A DNA stretch of 64,000 nt from Anaerolineae bacterium. GTDB taxonomy: Bacteria; Chloroflexota; Anaerolineae; B4-G1; DUEL01. This document shows, in pieces, positions 1-9,743 of the stretch; positions within the stretch are counted from its first letter, which is position 1, and every line of letters starts with the position of its first letter. The notes beneath the pieces were generated by a model. The model ran no database searches and had not been told where the DNA came from. It was given only the letters and a program-made list of their open reading frames with translations. The translations under genes were made by a program, and so were the position numbers. Location of the stretch: the NCBI GenBank assembly GCA_036172315.1, contig JASFBC010000093.1, forward strand, positions 27,108 through 91,107. The letters run 5' to 3'.

Positions 1-17
1 ACAAGGGGGCAAAGCCC

Positions 18-440
18 ATGTTGATGCCGAAACGGGTGAAATACCGCAAACAGATGCGCGGACGGATGAAAGGCCGCGAGAGCCGGGGCACCGAAGTTGC
101 CTTTGGTGAATACGGCCTGCAGGCATTGGAGCCGGCCTGGATCACCAGTCGCCAGATTGAGGCCGCACGGCGGGCCATCGTCCGCTTCGTCCGCCGGCGC
201 GGAAAGTACTGGATTCGGATTTTTCCGGATAAGCCGGTCACGGCCAAGCCCGCCGAGACCCGCATGGGGAAGGGGAAGGGCGCCGTAGACCACTGGGTGG
301 CTGTGGTTCGGCCAGGCCGCATCCTCTTTGAACTGGCGGGTCTGCCCGAAGAGCAGGCCCGGGAGGCGATGCGGCTGGCGGCCAACAAACTGCCCATCAA
401 ATGCCAGTTTGTCACCCGGGAAAAATTGATGGGGGAGTAG
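18..440 (+). CDS. rplP: 50S ribosomal protein L16
   Basis: N-terminus [11 protein letters not shown] and the overall sequence are typical of L16; it lies in conserved S10/spc operon order. Confidence 0.95.
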   Translation: MLMPKRVKYRKQMRGRMKGRESRGTEVAFGEYGLQALEPAWITSRQIEAARRAIVRFVRRRGKYWIRIFPDKPVTAKPAETRMGKGKGAVDHWVAVVRPGRILFELAGLPEEQAREAMRLAANKLPIKCQFVTREKLMGE

Positions 441-441
441 C

Positions 442-657
442 ATGCGAGCCAGAAAACTCCGGTCGTTGACCGATGCTGAATTGCGTGCCCGGTTGGAAGA
501 TGCCTATCGGGAACTGTTCGTCCTGCGGCAGGACTGGTTTATGAATCGTCTGCAGGACAATAACCGCATCACCGCCACCAAACGGGACATCGCCCGCATC
601 AAGACCATCTTGCGGGAGCGGGAGTTGGCCCGCATGATGCAGGAGGCGACGCAATGA
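442..657 (+). CDS. rpmC: 50S ribosomal protein L29
   Basis: A 71-aa basic helical protein immediately after rplP; its stop overlaps the rpsQ start (ATGA). Confidence 0.9.
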   Translation: MRARKLRSLTDAELRARLEDAYRELFVLRQDWFMNRLQDNNRITATKRDIARIKTILRERELARMMQEATQ

Positions 658-926
658 AAGAACGACGAAAGCGGCTGGTCGGGCGTGTCGTCAGCGATAA
701 GATGCAGAAGACGGTGGTGGTGCAGGTGGAAAGGACCCATCGCCACCCCCTCTATGGTAAGGTGGTGCGGGTGCGGAAAAAGTATTACGCCCACGACGAG
801 GAAAACTCCTGCCGCACCGGTGACCTGGTACGGATTGTGGAATCCCGGCCGCTGAGCCGACTAAAGCGGTGGGTGGTGGAGGAGATTCTGGAACGGTCCG
901 AACGTCCTGAGGAGGTGGCCGTATGA
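654..926 (+). CDS. rpsQ: 30S ribosomal protein S17
   Basis: Carries the S17 motif [14 protein letters not shown]...HDE; translationally coupled to neighbours by ATGA overlaps. Confidence 0.95.
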   Translation: MKERRKRLVGRVVSDKMQKTVVVQVERTHRHPLYGKVVRVRKKYYAHDEENSCRTGDLVRIVESRPLSRLKRWVVEEILERSERPEEVAV

Positions 927-1294
927 TCCAGCAGGAGACCCGTTTGACGGTGGCAGATAACACCGGGGCAAAGGAACTGCTTTGCATTCGCGTGTTGGGC
1001 GGCTCCAAGCGGCGGTACGGCTACGTCGGGGACGTCATCGTGGCGACGGTCAAACAGGCCACGCCCAACGCGTCGGTGAAGAAGGGGGATGTGGTCAAGG
1101 CCGTCATTGTCCGCACGGCCAAAGAGTACCGGCGACCCGACGGCTCCACTATCCGCTTTGATGACAACGCGGCAGTTCTTCTGGATGCCACGGGCGTCAA
1201 TCCGCGCGGCACCCGCATTTTCGGGCCCGTCGCCCGGGAGTTGCGAGATAAGGGATTTATGAAGATCATTTCTCTGGCACCAGAGGTGTTGTGA
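923..1294 (+). CDS. rplN: 50S ribosomal protein L14
   Basis: N-terminus [17 protein letters not shown] is the L14 signature. Confidence 0.95.
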   Translation: MIQQETRLTVADNTGAKELLCIRVLGGSKRRYGYVGDVIVATVKQATPNASVKKGDVVKAVIVRTAKEYRRPDGSTIRFDDNAAVLLDATGVNPRGTRIFGPVARELRDKGFMKIISLAPEVL

Positions 1295-1349
1295 GCACGA
1301 AATTGCGTACTTTCGTCCTCTGTGTATTTCGTGGAACGAGAGGTGAAGA

Positions 1350-1673
1350 ATGGGCATTCGGGTCAAAAAGGGAGATACGGTGGAGGTCATCGCCGGGGAT
1401 GACCGGGGGAAGCGTGGGGAGGTCCGCCAGGTGCTTCCGAAGGAGAATCGGGTGGTGGTCTCCGGTGTGAATCTGGTCACCAGGCATCAGCGGCCGATCC
1501 GCGCGGGCCGGGGACAGATTCAGCCAGGGCGAATTCAGTTTGAGGCGCCGATTCATCTTTCCAATGTGATGCCGGTCTGCCCGCACTGCAAGGAAGCGAC
1601 GCGGGTGGGCTTTGAGCGCCAGGAGGACGGGCGCAAGGTGCGCATCTGCAAGCGGTGCGGACAGTCTTTCTAA
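1350..1673 (+). CDS. rplX: 50S ribosomal protein L24 with C-terminal C4 zinc ribbon
   Basis: KOW-domain N-terminus ([18 protein letters not shown]) aligns to L24; the C-terminal hairpin carries CPHC...CKRC where E. coli L24 has NAAT...FKSN. RBS GAGAGGTG lies upstream. Confidence 0.9.
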   Translation: MGIRVKKGDTVEVIAGDDRGKRGEVRQVLPKENRVVVSGVNLVTRHQRPIRAGRGQIQPGRIQFEAPIHLSNVMPVCPHCKEATRVGFERQEDGRKVRICKRCGQSF

Positions 1674-1725
1674 CCTCGTTTATCGGCTCGCTTACTAACT
1701 TGCACATTCGCAAACTTTTGATCAG

Positions 1726-2274
1726 GTGAATCCAATGCAGCGATTGCAGGCTTTGTATCGGGAACAGATTCGGCCGACCCTTATGCGGGAATTTGGCTAT
1801 CGCAACATTATGGAAGTCCCCCGGTTGCAGAAGATCGTCATCAACATCGGTATGGGGGAGGCACTGGATAATCCTAAGTCGCTGGATTTTGCTGTCCAGG
1901 ACCTGGCGACCATCACCGGGCAGCGGCCGGTCATCACCAAAGCGCGCAAATCCGTTGCCAGTTTCAAACTGCGGGCCGGCCGGGCGATCGGGGTGAAGGT
2001 GACGCTGCGGGGCGAGCGCATGTGGGCGTTCCTGGACCGGCTCTGCAACGTGGCGCTTCCCCGGCAGCGGGACTTTCGCGGTGTTTCTCCCTCTGCCTTT
2101 GACGGACGGGGGAACTATACGCTGGGTCTGCGGGAGCAGTTGATTTTCCCGGAGATCAACTATGATAAGATTGACAAAATTCGCGGCATGGAAGTCACCA
2201 TCGTGACCACCGCGAAGACGGATGAGGAGGCCCGGCGGCTGCTGGAACTTCTGGGGATACCCTTCCGGCGGTAA
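1726..2274 (+). CDS. rplE: 50S ribosomal protein L5
   Basis: Sequence [13 protein letters not shown]...[20 protein letters not shown] is typical L5. Confidence 0.95.
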   Translation: MNPMQRLQALYREQIRPTLMREFGYRNIMEVPRLQKIVINIGMGEALDNPKSLDFAVQDLATITGQRPVITKARKSVASFKLRAGRAIGVKVTLRGERMWAFLDRLCNVALPRQRDFRGVSPSAFDGRGNYTLGLREQLIFPEINYDKIDKIRGMEVTIVTTAKTDEEARRLLELLGIPFRR

Positions 2275-2326
2275 GGGGAGCCGCAATGCGGGCCTTCCCG
2301 TGCCCCTATCTGAAGGGTTCGGTGGA

Positions 2327-2560
2327 ATGGTCGGGGGATTCATGTTCCAGTACGACCGGGAAGCGGATATCCTGTCTATCAACACCGTCTCGCCCTATTC
2401 AGCGCAGGAATCAGAGGGGTTGGGGGATGAAATTATCGCCCGCCTGAATCCGGAGACCGGTCTGTTTTTCACCACCCGCCTTTTGAGGGGGAGTGGTTCT
2501 CCCCTCCGAGAGTCGCCGATTTGCGGATCTCGGTTTCGCCAGAAGTGGCTGCAGAGGTGA
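2327..2560 (+). CDS. DUF2283-family small protein (orphan, antitoxin-like) inserted in the spc operon
   Basis: The motif FQYDREADILSI...GDEIIARLNPETGLFFT matches the DUF2283 pattern (YDxEADxLYI ... DENGxIVGIEIL). The start could be ATG 2327 or 2342; both have G-rich RBS. It fills the otherwise unusual 376-bp rplE-rpsZ gap. Confidence 0.6.
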   Translation: MVGGFMFQYDREADILSINTVSPYSAQESEGLGDEIIARLNPETGLFFTTRLLRGSGSPLRESPICGSRFRQKWLQR

Positions 2561-2649
2561 GCGCTGAGTCAGGCAATTGAGATTCACGTAATGGCGGTAT
2601 GACCTCATCCAGTTAGCCGGACATCCTCTTTGTCGGAGCAGATACAGGT

Positions 2650-2832
2650 ATGACAAGAAAATGCATGCCCTATCGGGAAATGCGACGGAAGTATAAGGTG
2701 CGGGTGCGAAACCGCTGCAAGCGCTGTGGCCGACCGCGCGGCTATTACCGCCGCTTCGGCCTCTGCCGCATCTGCCTGCGGGAGTTGGCCCTGGAGGGGC
2801 TGATCCCCGGGCTGACCAAGTCCAGTTGGTGA
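2650..2832 (+). CDS. rpsZ: 30S ribosomal protein S14 type Z (zinc-binding)
   Basis: A 60-aa protein with CKRCGRP...CRIC zinc motif in the canonical position between L5 and S8. Confidence 0.93.
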   Translation: MTRKCMPYREMRRKYKVRVRNRCKRCGRPRGYYRRFGLCRICLRELALEGLIPGLTKSSW

Positions 2833-2845
2833 GGGTGACGGACCG

Positions 2846-3259
2846 ATGACGGTGACAGATCCGATTGCCGATATGTTGACCCGCATGCGCAATGCGATTG
2901 CGGTGGGGCACCCCACCGTGGAGATGCCCTCTTCCAAAATGAAAGTCGCCATCGCTCGCATCCTGAAGGAAGAGGGGTATATTGAGGACTACCGGGTGGT
3001 GGAGTCGCCGGAGCAGCCTCGCTATCGCCTGGTGATCCGCCTGAAGTATATCGGGGAACAGCGGAAGCGGCGGTCCGTCATCCAGGGACTGCGACGGGTC
3101 AGCAAGCCGGGCCGCCGGATTTACACCCGCGCGTCCGAGATTCCCTGGGTGAAAAGCGGTATGGGCATCGCCATCCTCTCCACTCCCAAGGGAATCCTCA
3201 CCGGCGAACAGGCCCGACGGCTGCGGGTGGGCGGCGAGGTTATCTGCTACGTGTGGTAG
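2846..3259 (+). CDS. rpsH: 30S ribosomal protein S8
   Basis: Carries the S8 N-terminal motif [13 protein letters not shown]. Confidence 0.95.
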   Translation: MTVTDPIADMLTRMRNAIAVGHPTVEMPSSKMKVAIARILKEEGYIEDYRVVESPEQPRYRLVIRLKYIGEQRKRRSVIQGLRRVSKPGRRIYTRASEIPWVKSGMGIAILSTPKGILTGEQARRLRVGGEVICYVW

Positions 3260-3269
3260 GGAGGACGGG

Positions 3270-3839
3270 ATGTCGCGAATTGGTCGGATGCCGATCCCTT
3301 TGCCCCCCGGGGTGAAGGTGGAAATTCAGGGTAGCCAGGTCACCGTAAGCGGCCCGAAAGGGACGCTGACGCGTACGTTTGACCCGGCGATGCAAATTAT
3401 TAAAGAAGATAATACCCTGCGGGTCTACCGGCCCACGGATGCCCGGCACCATCGGGCGCTGCATGGGCTGACCCGTGCCCTGCTGGCGAATATGGTGGAA
3501 GGGGTCTCCCAGGGGTTCCAGAAGCAACTGGAGATTCGCGGCGTTGGGTACCGCGCCGAGCGCCAGCCCGACGGGACGCTGGTTATGCACCTGGGATTCC
3601 CTCACCCGGTCCGTGTCCGCCCGCCGGAGGGCATCACTTTTGATGTAGACCCCAAAATGGGCATTATTACCATCCGGGGCGCGGATAAGGAGACAGTGGG
3701 ACGGGTTGCCGCCGAAATCCGCGCCTGGCGCCCGGCTGACCCGTATCTGGGGAAAGGGCTCCGCTACCTGGGCGAGCAGATTCGCCAGAAGGCCGGGAAG
3801 GCCGGCAAGGGTAAGGGCAAAGGCAAAGGGAAGAAGTAA
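3270..3839 (+). CDS. rplF: 50S ribosomal protein L6 with Lys/Gly-rich C-terminal tail
   Basis: L6 fold motifs are present (SRIGRMPIPLP, VKVEIQG); an extra tail KAGKAGKGKGKGKGKK follows. Confidence 0.93.
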   Translation: MSRIGRMPIPLPPGVKVEIQGSQVTVSGPKGTLTRTFDPAMQIIKEDNTLRVYRPTDARHHRALHGLTRALLANMVEGVSQGFQKQLEIRGVGYRAERQPDGTLVMHLGFPHPVRVRPPEGITFDVDPKMGIITIRGADKETVGRVAAEIRAWRPADPYLGKGLRYLGEQIRQKAGKAGKGKGKGKGKK

Positions 3840-3857
3840 GGATCAGGGAGCAAGATT

Positions 3858-4223
3858 ATGGTGGAAAAAGATCGCCGGTTGGGACGACTGCGCCGACGCA
3901 AGCATGTGCGCAAGAAGGTGTTCGGCACGCCCGAGCGCCCGCGTCTGAACGTTTTTCGCAGTCTGCGGCATATCTACGCCCAGGTGATTGATGATACAGT
4001 GGGACATACACTGGTCTCCGCCTCTACCCTGGACCCGGAAGTCCGGGAGCAGATTGCAGGATTGAAGAAGAGGGAGCAGGCCCGGGTGGTGGGGAAGGTC
4101 CTGGCGGCCCGTGCCCTGGCCCGGGGGGTCACCAAAGTGGCCTTTGACCGGGCGGGATACAAATACCACGGTCGGGTGAAAGCGCTGGCCGATGCCGCCC
4201 GCGAGGGTGGGTTGGATTTCTAA
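3858..4223 (+). CDS. rplR: 50S ribosomal protein L18
   Basis: Basic N-terminus [19 protein letters not shown] with spc-operon context. Confidence 0.93.
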   Translation: MVEKDRRLGRLRRRKHVRKKVFGTPERPRLNVFRSLRHIYAQVIDDTVGHTLVSASTLDPEVREQIAGLKKREQARVVGKVLAARALARGVTKVAFDRAGYKYHGRVKALADAAREGGLDF

Positions 4224-4258
4224 GCGGAACCCAGAGCAAGGAATCGGGAGGCAAGCGA

Positions 4259-4795
4259 ATGGACCTGGATCAGGAATTTGAACTGGAGCCAACGGCGCCG
4301 GTAGAATTGGACGAGCGGGTCGTGGAGATCAAGCGGGTTGCCAAAGTCATCAAGGGCGGGCGCCGGTTCGCCTTTCGGGTGACGGCCGTGGTCGGCGATC
4401 GCAACGGCCGCGTCGGCATCGGCGTGGGCAAAGCGCGCGCCGTCCCGGACGCCATCCGCAAGGCCACGGAGCGAGCCCGGGCTTCTATGATCCCGATCCC
4501 CCTGGTCGGGCGGACCATCCCGCACGATGCGATGGGCGAATGCGGCGGCGCCCGGGTGCTGATCAAGCCCGCCTCACCGGGTACTGGCGTCATCGCGGGC
4601 GGCGGCGTGCGCGCCGTGTTGGAAGCAGCGGGTATCCACGACGTGCTGACCAAGTCTATGGGCAGTTCCAGCATGCTCAACGTGGTGAAGGCGACCATGG
4701 AGGCCCTGCAGCAACTGCGCTCCCACGAGGAACTGGCGCGGGAGCGGGGCCTGCCGGAGACCCGGGTGATGCCGTTCTGGATGCGGGGACGGTAG
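4259..4795 (+). CDS. rpsE: 30S ribosomal protein S5
   Basis: S5 signature [31 protein letters not shown]. Confidence 0.95.
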   Translation: MDLDQEFELEPTAPVELDERVVEIKRVAKVIKGGRRFAFRVTAVVGDRNGRVGIGVGKARAVPDAIRKATERARASMIPIPLVGRTIPHDAMGECGGARVLIKPASPGTGVIAGGGVRAVLEAAGIHDVLTKSMGSSSMLNVVKATMEALQQLRSHEELARERGLPETRVMPFWMRGR

Positions 4796-4817
4796 ATTGG
4801 CAGACACGGGAGAGGCA

Positions 4818-5012
4818 ATGGAAAAGCGGAAGATTCTCCGTATCACCCTGGTTCGCAGCCCAATCGGGTATTCCAGAGACCAGAAGGCGACCGTCCGGGC
4901 GCTGGGTCTGCGCCGTCTCCATCAGACGGTGGAGAAGGCCGACACGCCGACCATCCGGGGGATGGTGGCTAAGGTCCAGCATATGTTGAAGGTGGAAGAG
5001 GTTGAGGGATGA
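4818..5012 (+). CDS. rpmD: 50S ribosomal protein L30
   Basis: L30 motif [13 protein letters not shown]...[13 protein letters not shown] 4818 has RBS GGGAGAGG; the ORF track begins at an in-frame TTG at 4797. Confidence 0.88.
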   Translation: MEKRKILRITLVRSPIGYSRDQKATVRALGLRRLHQTVEKADTPTIRGMVAKVQHMLKVEEVEG

Positions 5013-5488
5013 AACTGCACGATTTGCAGCCGGCTGAGGGTTCTAAGAAGCGCCGCAAACGGAAGGGCATCGGCATCGCGGCCGGTCAGGGGAAGACCGG
5101 CGGGCGCGGGACAAAGGGGCAGAAGGCCCGCAGTGGAGGAAGCATCCCACCGTACTTTGAGGGCGGGCAGTTGCCGCTGGTCCGCAAACTCCCCTTCGCG
5201 CGGGGCGTCGGTTTCCGGAATCCCTGGCGGGCCCGTTTCACACCGGTCAACGTGGACCGGCTGGCCCAGTTCGCGCCGGGGAGCGTGGTGACTCCAGAGG
5301 AACTGGCGGATGCCGGCCTGATTCGGGACCCCGATGAGTGGGTGGTCATCCTGGGGCGCGGGGAGTTGGACATCCCGCTGACGGTAAAGGCCCATCGTTT
5401 CTCCGCCAGCGCGCGGGCCAAGATTGAGGCCGCTGGCGGCACTGTGGAAGAGTTGCCCTGGGAGCGGGGCGGCTACCGGACGCGGTAA
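5009..5488 (+). CDS. rplO: 50S ribosomal protein L15
   Basis: Gly/Arg-rich N-terminal region [16 protein letters not shown] is typical L15; the start overlaps the rpmD stop. Confidence 0.93.
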   Translation: MKLHDLQPAEGSKKRRKRKGIGIAAGQGKTGGRGTKGQKARSGGSIPPYFEGGQLPLVRKLPFARGVGFRNPWRARFTPVNVDRLAQFAPGSVVTPEELADAGLIRDPDEWVVILGRGELDIPLTVKAHRFSASARAKIEAAGGTVEELPWERGGYRTR

Positions 5489-5514
5489 GCGATCCGCGAT
5501 AAGCGAGGTAAGCG

Positions 5515-6834
5515 ATGATCCAGGCCGTACGTGATGCCCTGAGGCTTCCCGACCTGAGACGGCGGCTGTTCTACACGCTGCTGATTCTGGTTATCTTTCG
5601 CGTAGCCTCTCACGTGCCGGTGCCGGGCATTGACCGGGAGGCTCTGCGCAGCCTGACCGGTGGGGCGGCCCAACTGGTCAACATTCTGGACCTGCTCTCT
5701 GGCGGCGCAGTAGCGGAATACTCGGTGCTGGCAAACGGGGTCTATCCGTACATCAACGCATCCATCATTATCCAGTTGCTGGTTCCGGTCATCCCGGCGC
5801 TGAAACGGCTGGCAGAGGAGGAAGGGGAAGCCGGACGACGGAAACTGAACCAGTGGACGTACTACCTGACCATTCCACTGGGGATGTTGCAGGCCTGGGG
5901 TCAGGCCCAGTTGTTCAACAGCGCGGCCGCGCGCCCGATCCTGCCCAACTTCGGCTTCCATCGGCCGGAGTTCATCCTGCCTACCATCTCGGTCCTGGTG
6001 GCCATGACGGCGGGCACGATGTTTGCCATCTGGCTGGGTGAGTTGATCTCCGAACAGGGCATTGGTAACGGTCTTTCGCTCATCATCTTCGGCGGCATCG
6101 TGGCCCGGACGCCGGCCAACGTGGCGCGGATTTACACTACGGATGGTCTCCTGGGCATTCTCTTTTTCCTGATCATCACCGCGCTGGTGGTCTTCGTTAT
6201 CGTCTATGTCCAGGAGGGAGAGCGGCGCATTCCGGTGCAGTACGGCAAGCGGGTACGGGGCCGGCGGATGTACGGCGGCGGCAGCACCTACATCCCGCTG
6301 CGGGTCAATATGGCCGGGATGATCCCGCTCATCTTTGCCCAGTCTCTGCTCACTCTGCCTGCGGTCATTGCCCAGTTCTTCGCCAATTCGTCCAACGTGA
6401 ACGTGGCGAGGGTGGCAGCGGATATTATGAACTTCTTCAGCGGGCACACAGTGGAGTGGTATACCACTCTCTTCTACGCGGTGCTCTACTTTGCTGCTGT
6501 CGTCGGCTTCACATACTTCTACACCTTCGTTCTGGTAGAGCAGCAGAACTTGCCGGAGAATCTGCAGAAATACGGCGGGTTCATCCCGGGTATCCGTCCC
6601 GGCAAGCAGACGGCAGACTACATTAATGGGATCTACAAGCGCATCACTCTGTTCGGGGCTCTGTTCCTGGGCGGTGTCGCCGTCCTGCCCTTTATTGTTC
6701 AGTTGGTGATGAACACCCGGGTGCTGCTCATCACCTCTGCGGGACTGCTCATCGTTGTCGGCGTCGTGGTGGATACGATGCGGCAACTGGAGGCCCAGTT
6801 GCTGATGCGGCATTATGAGGGATTCATCCGATGA
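5515..6834 (+). CDS. secY: Preprotein translocase subunit SecY
   Basis: A 439-aa polytopic membrane protein with SecY motifs (LRRRLFYTL, GGIVARTP) at the conserved position after rplO. Confidence 0.95.
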   Translation: MIQAVRDALRLPDLRRRLFYTLLILVIFRVASHVPVPGIDREALRSLTGGAAQLVNILDLLSGGAVAEYSVLANGVYPYINASIIIQLLVPVIPALKRLAEEEGEAGRRKLNQWTYYLTIPLGMLQAWGQAQLFNSAAARPILPNFGFHRPEFILPTISVLVAMTAGTMFAIWLGELISEQGIGNGLSLIIFGGIVARTPANVARIYTTDGLLGILFFLIITALVVFVIVYVQEGERRIPVQYGKRVRGRRMYGGGSTYIPLRVNMAGMIPLIFAQSLLTLPAVIAQFFANSSNVNVARVAADIMNFFSGHTVEWYTTLFYAVLYFAAVVGFTYFYTFVLVEQQNLPENLQKYGGFIPGIRPGKQTADYINGIYKRITLFGALFLGGVAVLPFIVQLVMNTRVLLITSAGLLIVVGVVVDTMRQLEAQLLMRHYEGFIR

Positions 6835-6861
6835 ACACCATGCCGATTTCCCACGAAGAAA

Positions 6862-6902
6862 GTAACTATTCAGCCCGATGGAGATCGCCCTCCTGGCGCC
6901 GA
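6862..6902. repeat. Partial copy (left end only) of a MITE-like intergenic repeat
   Basis: GTAACTATTCAGCCCGATGGAGATCGCCCTCCTGGCGCCGA is near-identical to the left ends of the copies at 7743 and 53873. Confidence 0.75.
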
Positions 6903-7011
6903 GATGAACCCTTTGTGGAAGAAGCGGATTGACCGGGAAGCCATCTATGTAGGGGCAAGAACAGGTCTAGAACATTCTGCAACATGTTCTGGAAGTAACA
7001 CGGGTGATCGT

Positions 7012-7707
7012 ATGGGCTGTCGGATTGTCCTTTTGGGTATGCCCGGCGCGGGCAAGGGGACTCAGGCGGAGCAACTGGCTCAGGCGCTGGGAGTCCCCCA
7101 TGTCGCCAGCGGTGACCTGTTTCGGGAACACCTGGATAAGGGGACAGAACTGGGCCGCCAGGCGCGGGCCTATATGGAGCGAGGTGACCTGGTGCCCGAT
7201 GAGGTGACCATCGGCATGGTCGCCGAGCGGATCGCCCGCCCGGATTGCATCGGCGGCTTCATCCTAGATGGCTTCCCGCGCACCGTTGCCCAGGCGGAGG
7301 CGCTGGAGCGCCTCCTGCGAGGAAACGGGACCGCGCTGGATATGGTAGCCTTTATCCGGGTGCGGGAGGAGGTCGCGTTGGCCCGTCTGGCGGGCCGCTG
7401 GACCTGTCGGAATTGTGGGGCAGTCTATCACACCCTGTTTAACCCACCCAGGCAGGCCGGGATGTGCGATGCCTGCGGCGGCGAACTCTACCAGCGCCCC
7501 GATGAGACGGAGGAGGCTCACCGCCGCCGCCTGAAGGTCTATCAGGAACAGACGGCGCCGCTGGTGGACTACTACCGTCAATCTGGCCTGCTGGTGGAGA
7601 TAAACGGCGAGCAGTCCATTGAAGATGTCCAGGCCGACCTGCGGGCAGCCGTGGAGAGCGCCTGCGGCCGACTCGGCGGAGAAAGCCCACAAAGCGCTTC
7701 CCGCTGA
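7012..7707 (+). CDS. adk: Adenylate kinase with zinc-binding lid
   Basis: P-loop GMPGAGKGTQ and lid cysteines CRNCG...CDACGG. The ORF-track start at 6904 adds a non-homologous extension that overlaps the repeat, so ATG 7012 is preferred. Confidence 0.9.
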   Translation: MGCRIVLLGMPGAGKGTQAEQLAQALGVPHVASGDLFREHLDKGTELGRQARAYMERGDLVPDEVTIGMVAERIARPDCIGGFILDGFPRTVAQAEALERLLRGNGTALDMVAFIRVREEVALARLAGRWTCRNCGAVYHTLFNPPRQAGMCDACGGELYQRPDETEEAHRRRLKVYQEQTAPLVDYYRQSGLLVEINGEQSIEDVQADLRAAVESACGRLGGESPQSASR

Positions 7708-7742
7708 GCCGCTACCCAGACCGGTCTACGGGTTTCCTTAAC

Positions 7743-7893
7743 CACTATTCAGCCCGACGAAGACCGCCTTCTATGCGCCGATGGGGGGCAGGGGCAATGG
7801 AGGGGCAACCCCTGCAGTTGCCCTACAAGGACGGCGCAGGCCGTCCTCCGGCTGAAGGCCCGGAGAGGCCGACTTTCCGTCAGCGCTGAGTTT
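7743..7893. repeat. MITE-like intergenic repeat, copy B
   Basis: Shares ACTATTCAGCCCGA...GGACGGCGCAGGCCGTCC...GACTTTCCGTCAGCG blocks with the copy at 53873-54045; internal palindromes are present. Confidence 0.75.
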
Positions 7894-7903
7894 CCTTCTT
7901 CCC

Positions 7904-8665
7904 TTGATCCAACTGAAGTCATCAGGCGAAATTGGAAAAATGCGTCAGGCCGGGCGGATTGTCGCCGAGGTCCTGCTGCGGATGCGGGAATGGGTGAGGC
8001 CCGGCGTCACCACGGCGGAGTTGAACGAGAAGGCAGAGGACCTGATCCGACGCCGGGGCGGCATCCCGTCCTTTAAAGGGTATCCGCCAGGGAGCCCGCA
8101 TCCCTTTCCGGCCGCAATCTGTGCGTCCGTTAACGAGGAACTGGTCCACGGGATTCCTGGCCCCCGGGTGCTGAAAGAAGGGGACATTATCAGTATAGAC
8201 GTCGGGGCCATCTACGACGGTTATCACGGTGATGCGGGCATCACCCTGCCGGTGGGGGAAGTGAGCCCGGAGGCCCGGCGGCTGTTGGAGGTGACGGAGG
8301 AAGCCCTCTACCTCGGGATTGCCCATGCCCGGGCCGGGAACCGTGTCGGCGACATCTCCGCCGCCATTCAGACCTTTGTGGAGTCCCAGGGCTACAACGT
8401 GGTGCGGGAGTACACCGGGCACGGGATCGGTCGGCAGATGCATGAGCCGCCGCAGATTCCCAACCATGGGGAGCCGGGACGGGGGCCGCTATTGTGGTCG
8501 GGGATGACCGTCGCCATAGAGACGATGGTCCTGGCAGGCGACCATCGGGTCCGGACCCTGCCCGACCACTGGACGGTCGTCTCCGTGGATGGCAAACTGA
8601 CGGCCTACTTTGAACACACTGTCCTGATCCGGGACGGAGAGGCGGAGATATTGACGCGGCTGTAG
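7904..8665 (+). CDS. map: Methionine aminopeptidase type I
   Basis: MAP N-terminus ...IKSSGEIGKMRQAGRI and metal-ligand context (DVGA..DGYHGD...HGIG...E). Confidence 0.93.
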   Translation: MIQLKSSGEIGKMRQAGRIVAEVLLRMREWVRPGVTTAELNEKAEDLIRRRGGIPSFKGYPPGSPHPFPAAICASVNEELVHGIPGPRVLKEGDIISIDVGAIYDGYHGDAGITLPVGEVSPEARRLLEVTEEALYLGIAHARAGNRVGDISAAIQTFVESQGYNVVREYTGHGIGRQMHEPPQIPNHGEPGRGPLLWSGMTVAIETMVLAGDHRVRTLPDHWTVVSVDGKLTAYFEHTVLIRDGEAEILTRL

Positions 8666-8753
8666 GTGAAGTTATCCGGGTTTGAGCCGGGGAGCCCTTC
8701 AGGCGGCTATAGCATATGCCGCCGAGGTCGTCAGTGAGTAAGAGGAGGATAGA

Positions 8754-8867
8754 GTGAAAGTTTCACCTTCGGTCAAACGGCGCTGTCCCAAATGCAAAAT
8801 CATCCGTCGTAAAGGGGTGATTCGGGTCATCTGCGAGAACCCGAAGCACAAACAGCGACAGGGCTAA
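8754..8867 (+). CDS. rpmJ: 50S ribosomal protein L36
   Basis: Translates to [37 protein letters not shown] with a GTG start and RBS AGGAGGA 6 nt upstream. It is absent from the ORF track because it is shorter than the track cutoff. No infA lies between map and rpmJ. Confidence 0.92.
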   Translation: MKVSPSVKRRCPKCKIIRRKGVIRVICENPKHKQRQG

Positions 8868-8898
8868 TTCACGCTTCACGCATTCTATCGGAGGAGGT

Positions 8899-9288
8899 AT
8901 GGCTCGTATTGCCGGTGTAGACCTGCCCAGAGATAAACGGGTGGAGATCGGCCTGACCTATATCTACGGCATCGGGCGCAGTCTGAGCAATCAGATTCTG
9001 CGCAAGGCCGGCGTGAACCCGAATAAGCGGGTGAAAGACCTCAGCGAGGCCGAGGTGGCCCGTCTGCGCGAGATCATTGATCGGGAGTATAAGGTGGAGG
9101 GCGACCTGCGGCGTGAGGTGCAGATGAATATCAAGCGCCTGATAGAGATCGGGTGCTATCGTGGATTGCGCCATCGGATGAACTTGCCGGTGCGCGGTCA
9201 GCGCACGCGGACCAATGCGCGCACCAAGCGGGGGCCGCGCAAGACCGTTCCCGGTCGCGGCCGCCGCCGGGGCGCCAAGAAGAAGTAA
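8899..9288 (+). CDS. rpsM: 30S ribosomal protein S13
   Basis: N-terminus [26 protein letters not shown]. Confidence 0.95.
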   Translation: MARIAGVDLPRDKRVEIGLTYIYGIGRSLSNQILRKAGVNPNKRVKDLSEAEVARLREIIDREYKVEGDLRREVQMNIKRLIEIGCYRGLRHRMNLPVRGQRTRTNARTKRGPRKTVPGRGRRRGAKKK

Positions 9289-9322
9289 TCCGCAAATCTG
9301 CCATCTGTTCACGGAGTTGACT

Positions 9323-9718
9323 ATGTCTCGTGCTCAAAGACGTCGCAGAGTTACCCAGCGGGTGCGCCGCGCGACCCCGCGCGGGGTGGCCCACATTCAC
9401 GCCAGTTTCAACAACACCATCATCACGATCACCGACCCTCAGGGGAATGTCATTAACTGGGCCAGCGCGGGACTGGTGGGCTTTAAGGGCTCCCGTAAGA
9501 GCACGCCCTTCGCGGCCCGCCAGGCCGCCCAGCGCGCGGCCAAAGACGCCCTGGATAACGGGGTGACCGAGGTGGATGTGCTGGTCAAGGGGCCGGGCCC
9601 GGGGCGGGAGGCAGCCATCCGCTCCCTCCAGGCTTCGGGGCTCAAAATCCGCTCCATCACCGATGTGACGCCCATCCCGCACAACGGTTGCCGGCCCCCT
9701 AAGAAGCGCAGAGTGTAA
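9323..9718 (+). CDS. rpsK: 30S ribosomal protein S11
   Basis: S11 motif [18 protein letters not shown]; start ATG 9323 has RBS ACGGAG. The ORF-track 5' extension is not homologous. Confidence 0.93.
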   Translation: MSRAQRRRRVTQRVRRATPRGVAHIHASFNNTIITITDPQGNVINWASAGLVGFKGSRKSTPFAARQAAQRAAKDALDNGVTEVDVLVKGPGPGREAAIRSLQASGLKIRSITDVTPIPHNGCRPPKKRRV

Positions 9719-9743
9719 TGATGAATTAGAGTAAGGAGTGAGT

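Noticed and set aside
6904-7011. Longer adk start (MNPLWKKRIDRE...)
   Set aside because: The extension has no adenylate-kinase homology, overlaps the MITE fragment, and the canonical MGCRIVLLGMPGAGKGTQ start has its own ATG.
8666-8753. Missing infA between map and rpmJ
   Set aside because: The gap is only 88 bp with no ORF. infA is simply located elsewhere, and this is not an annotation error.
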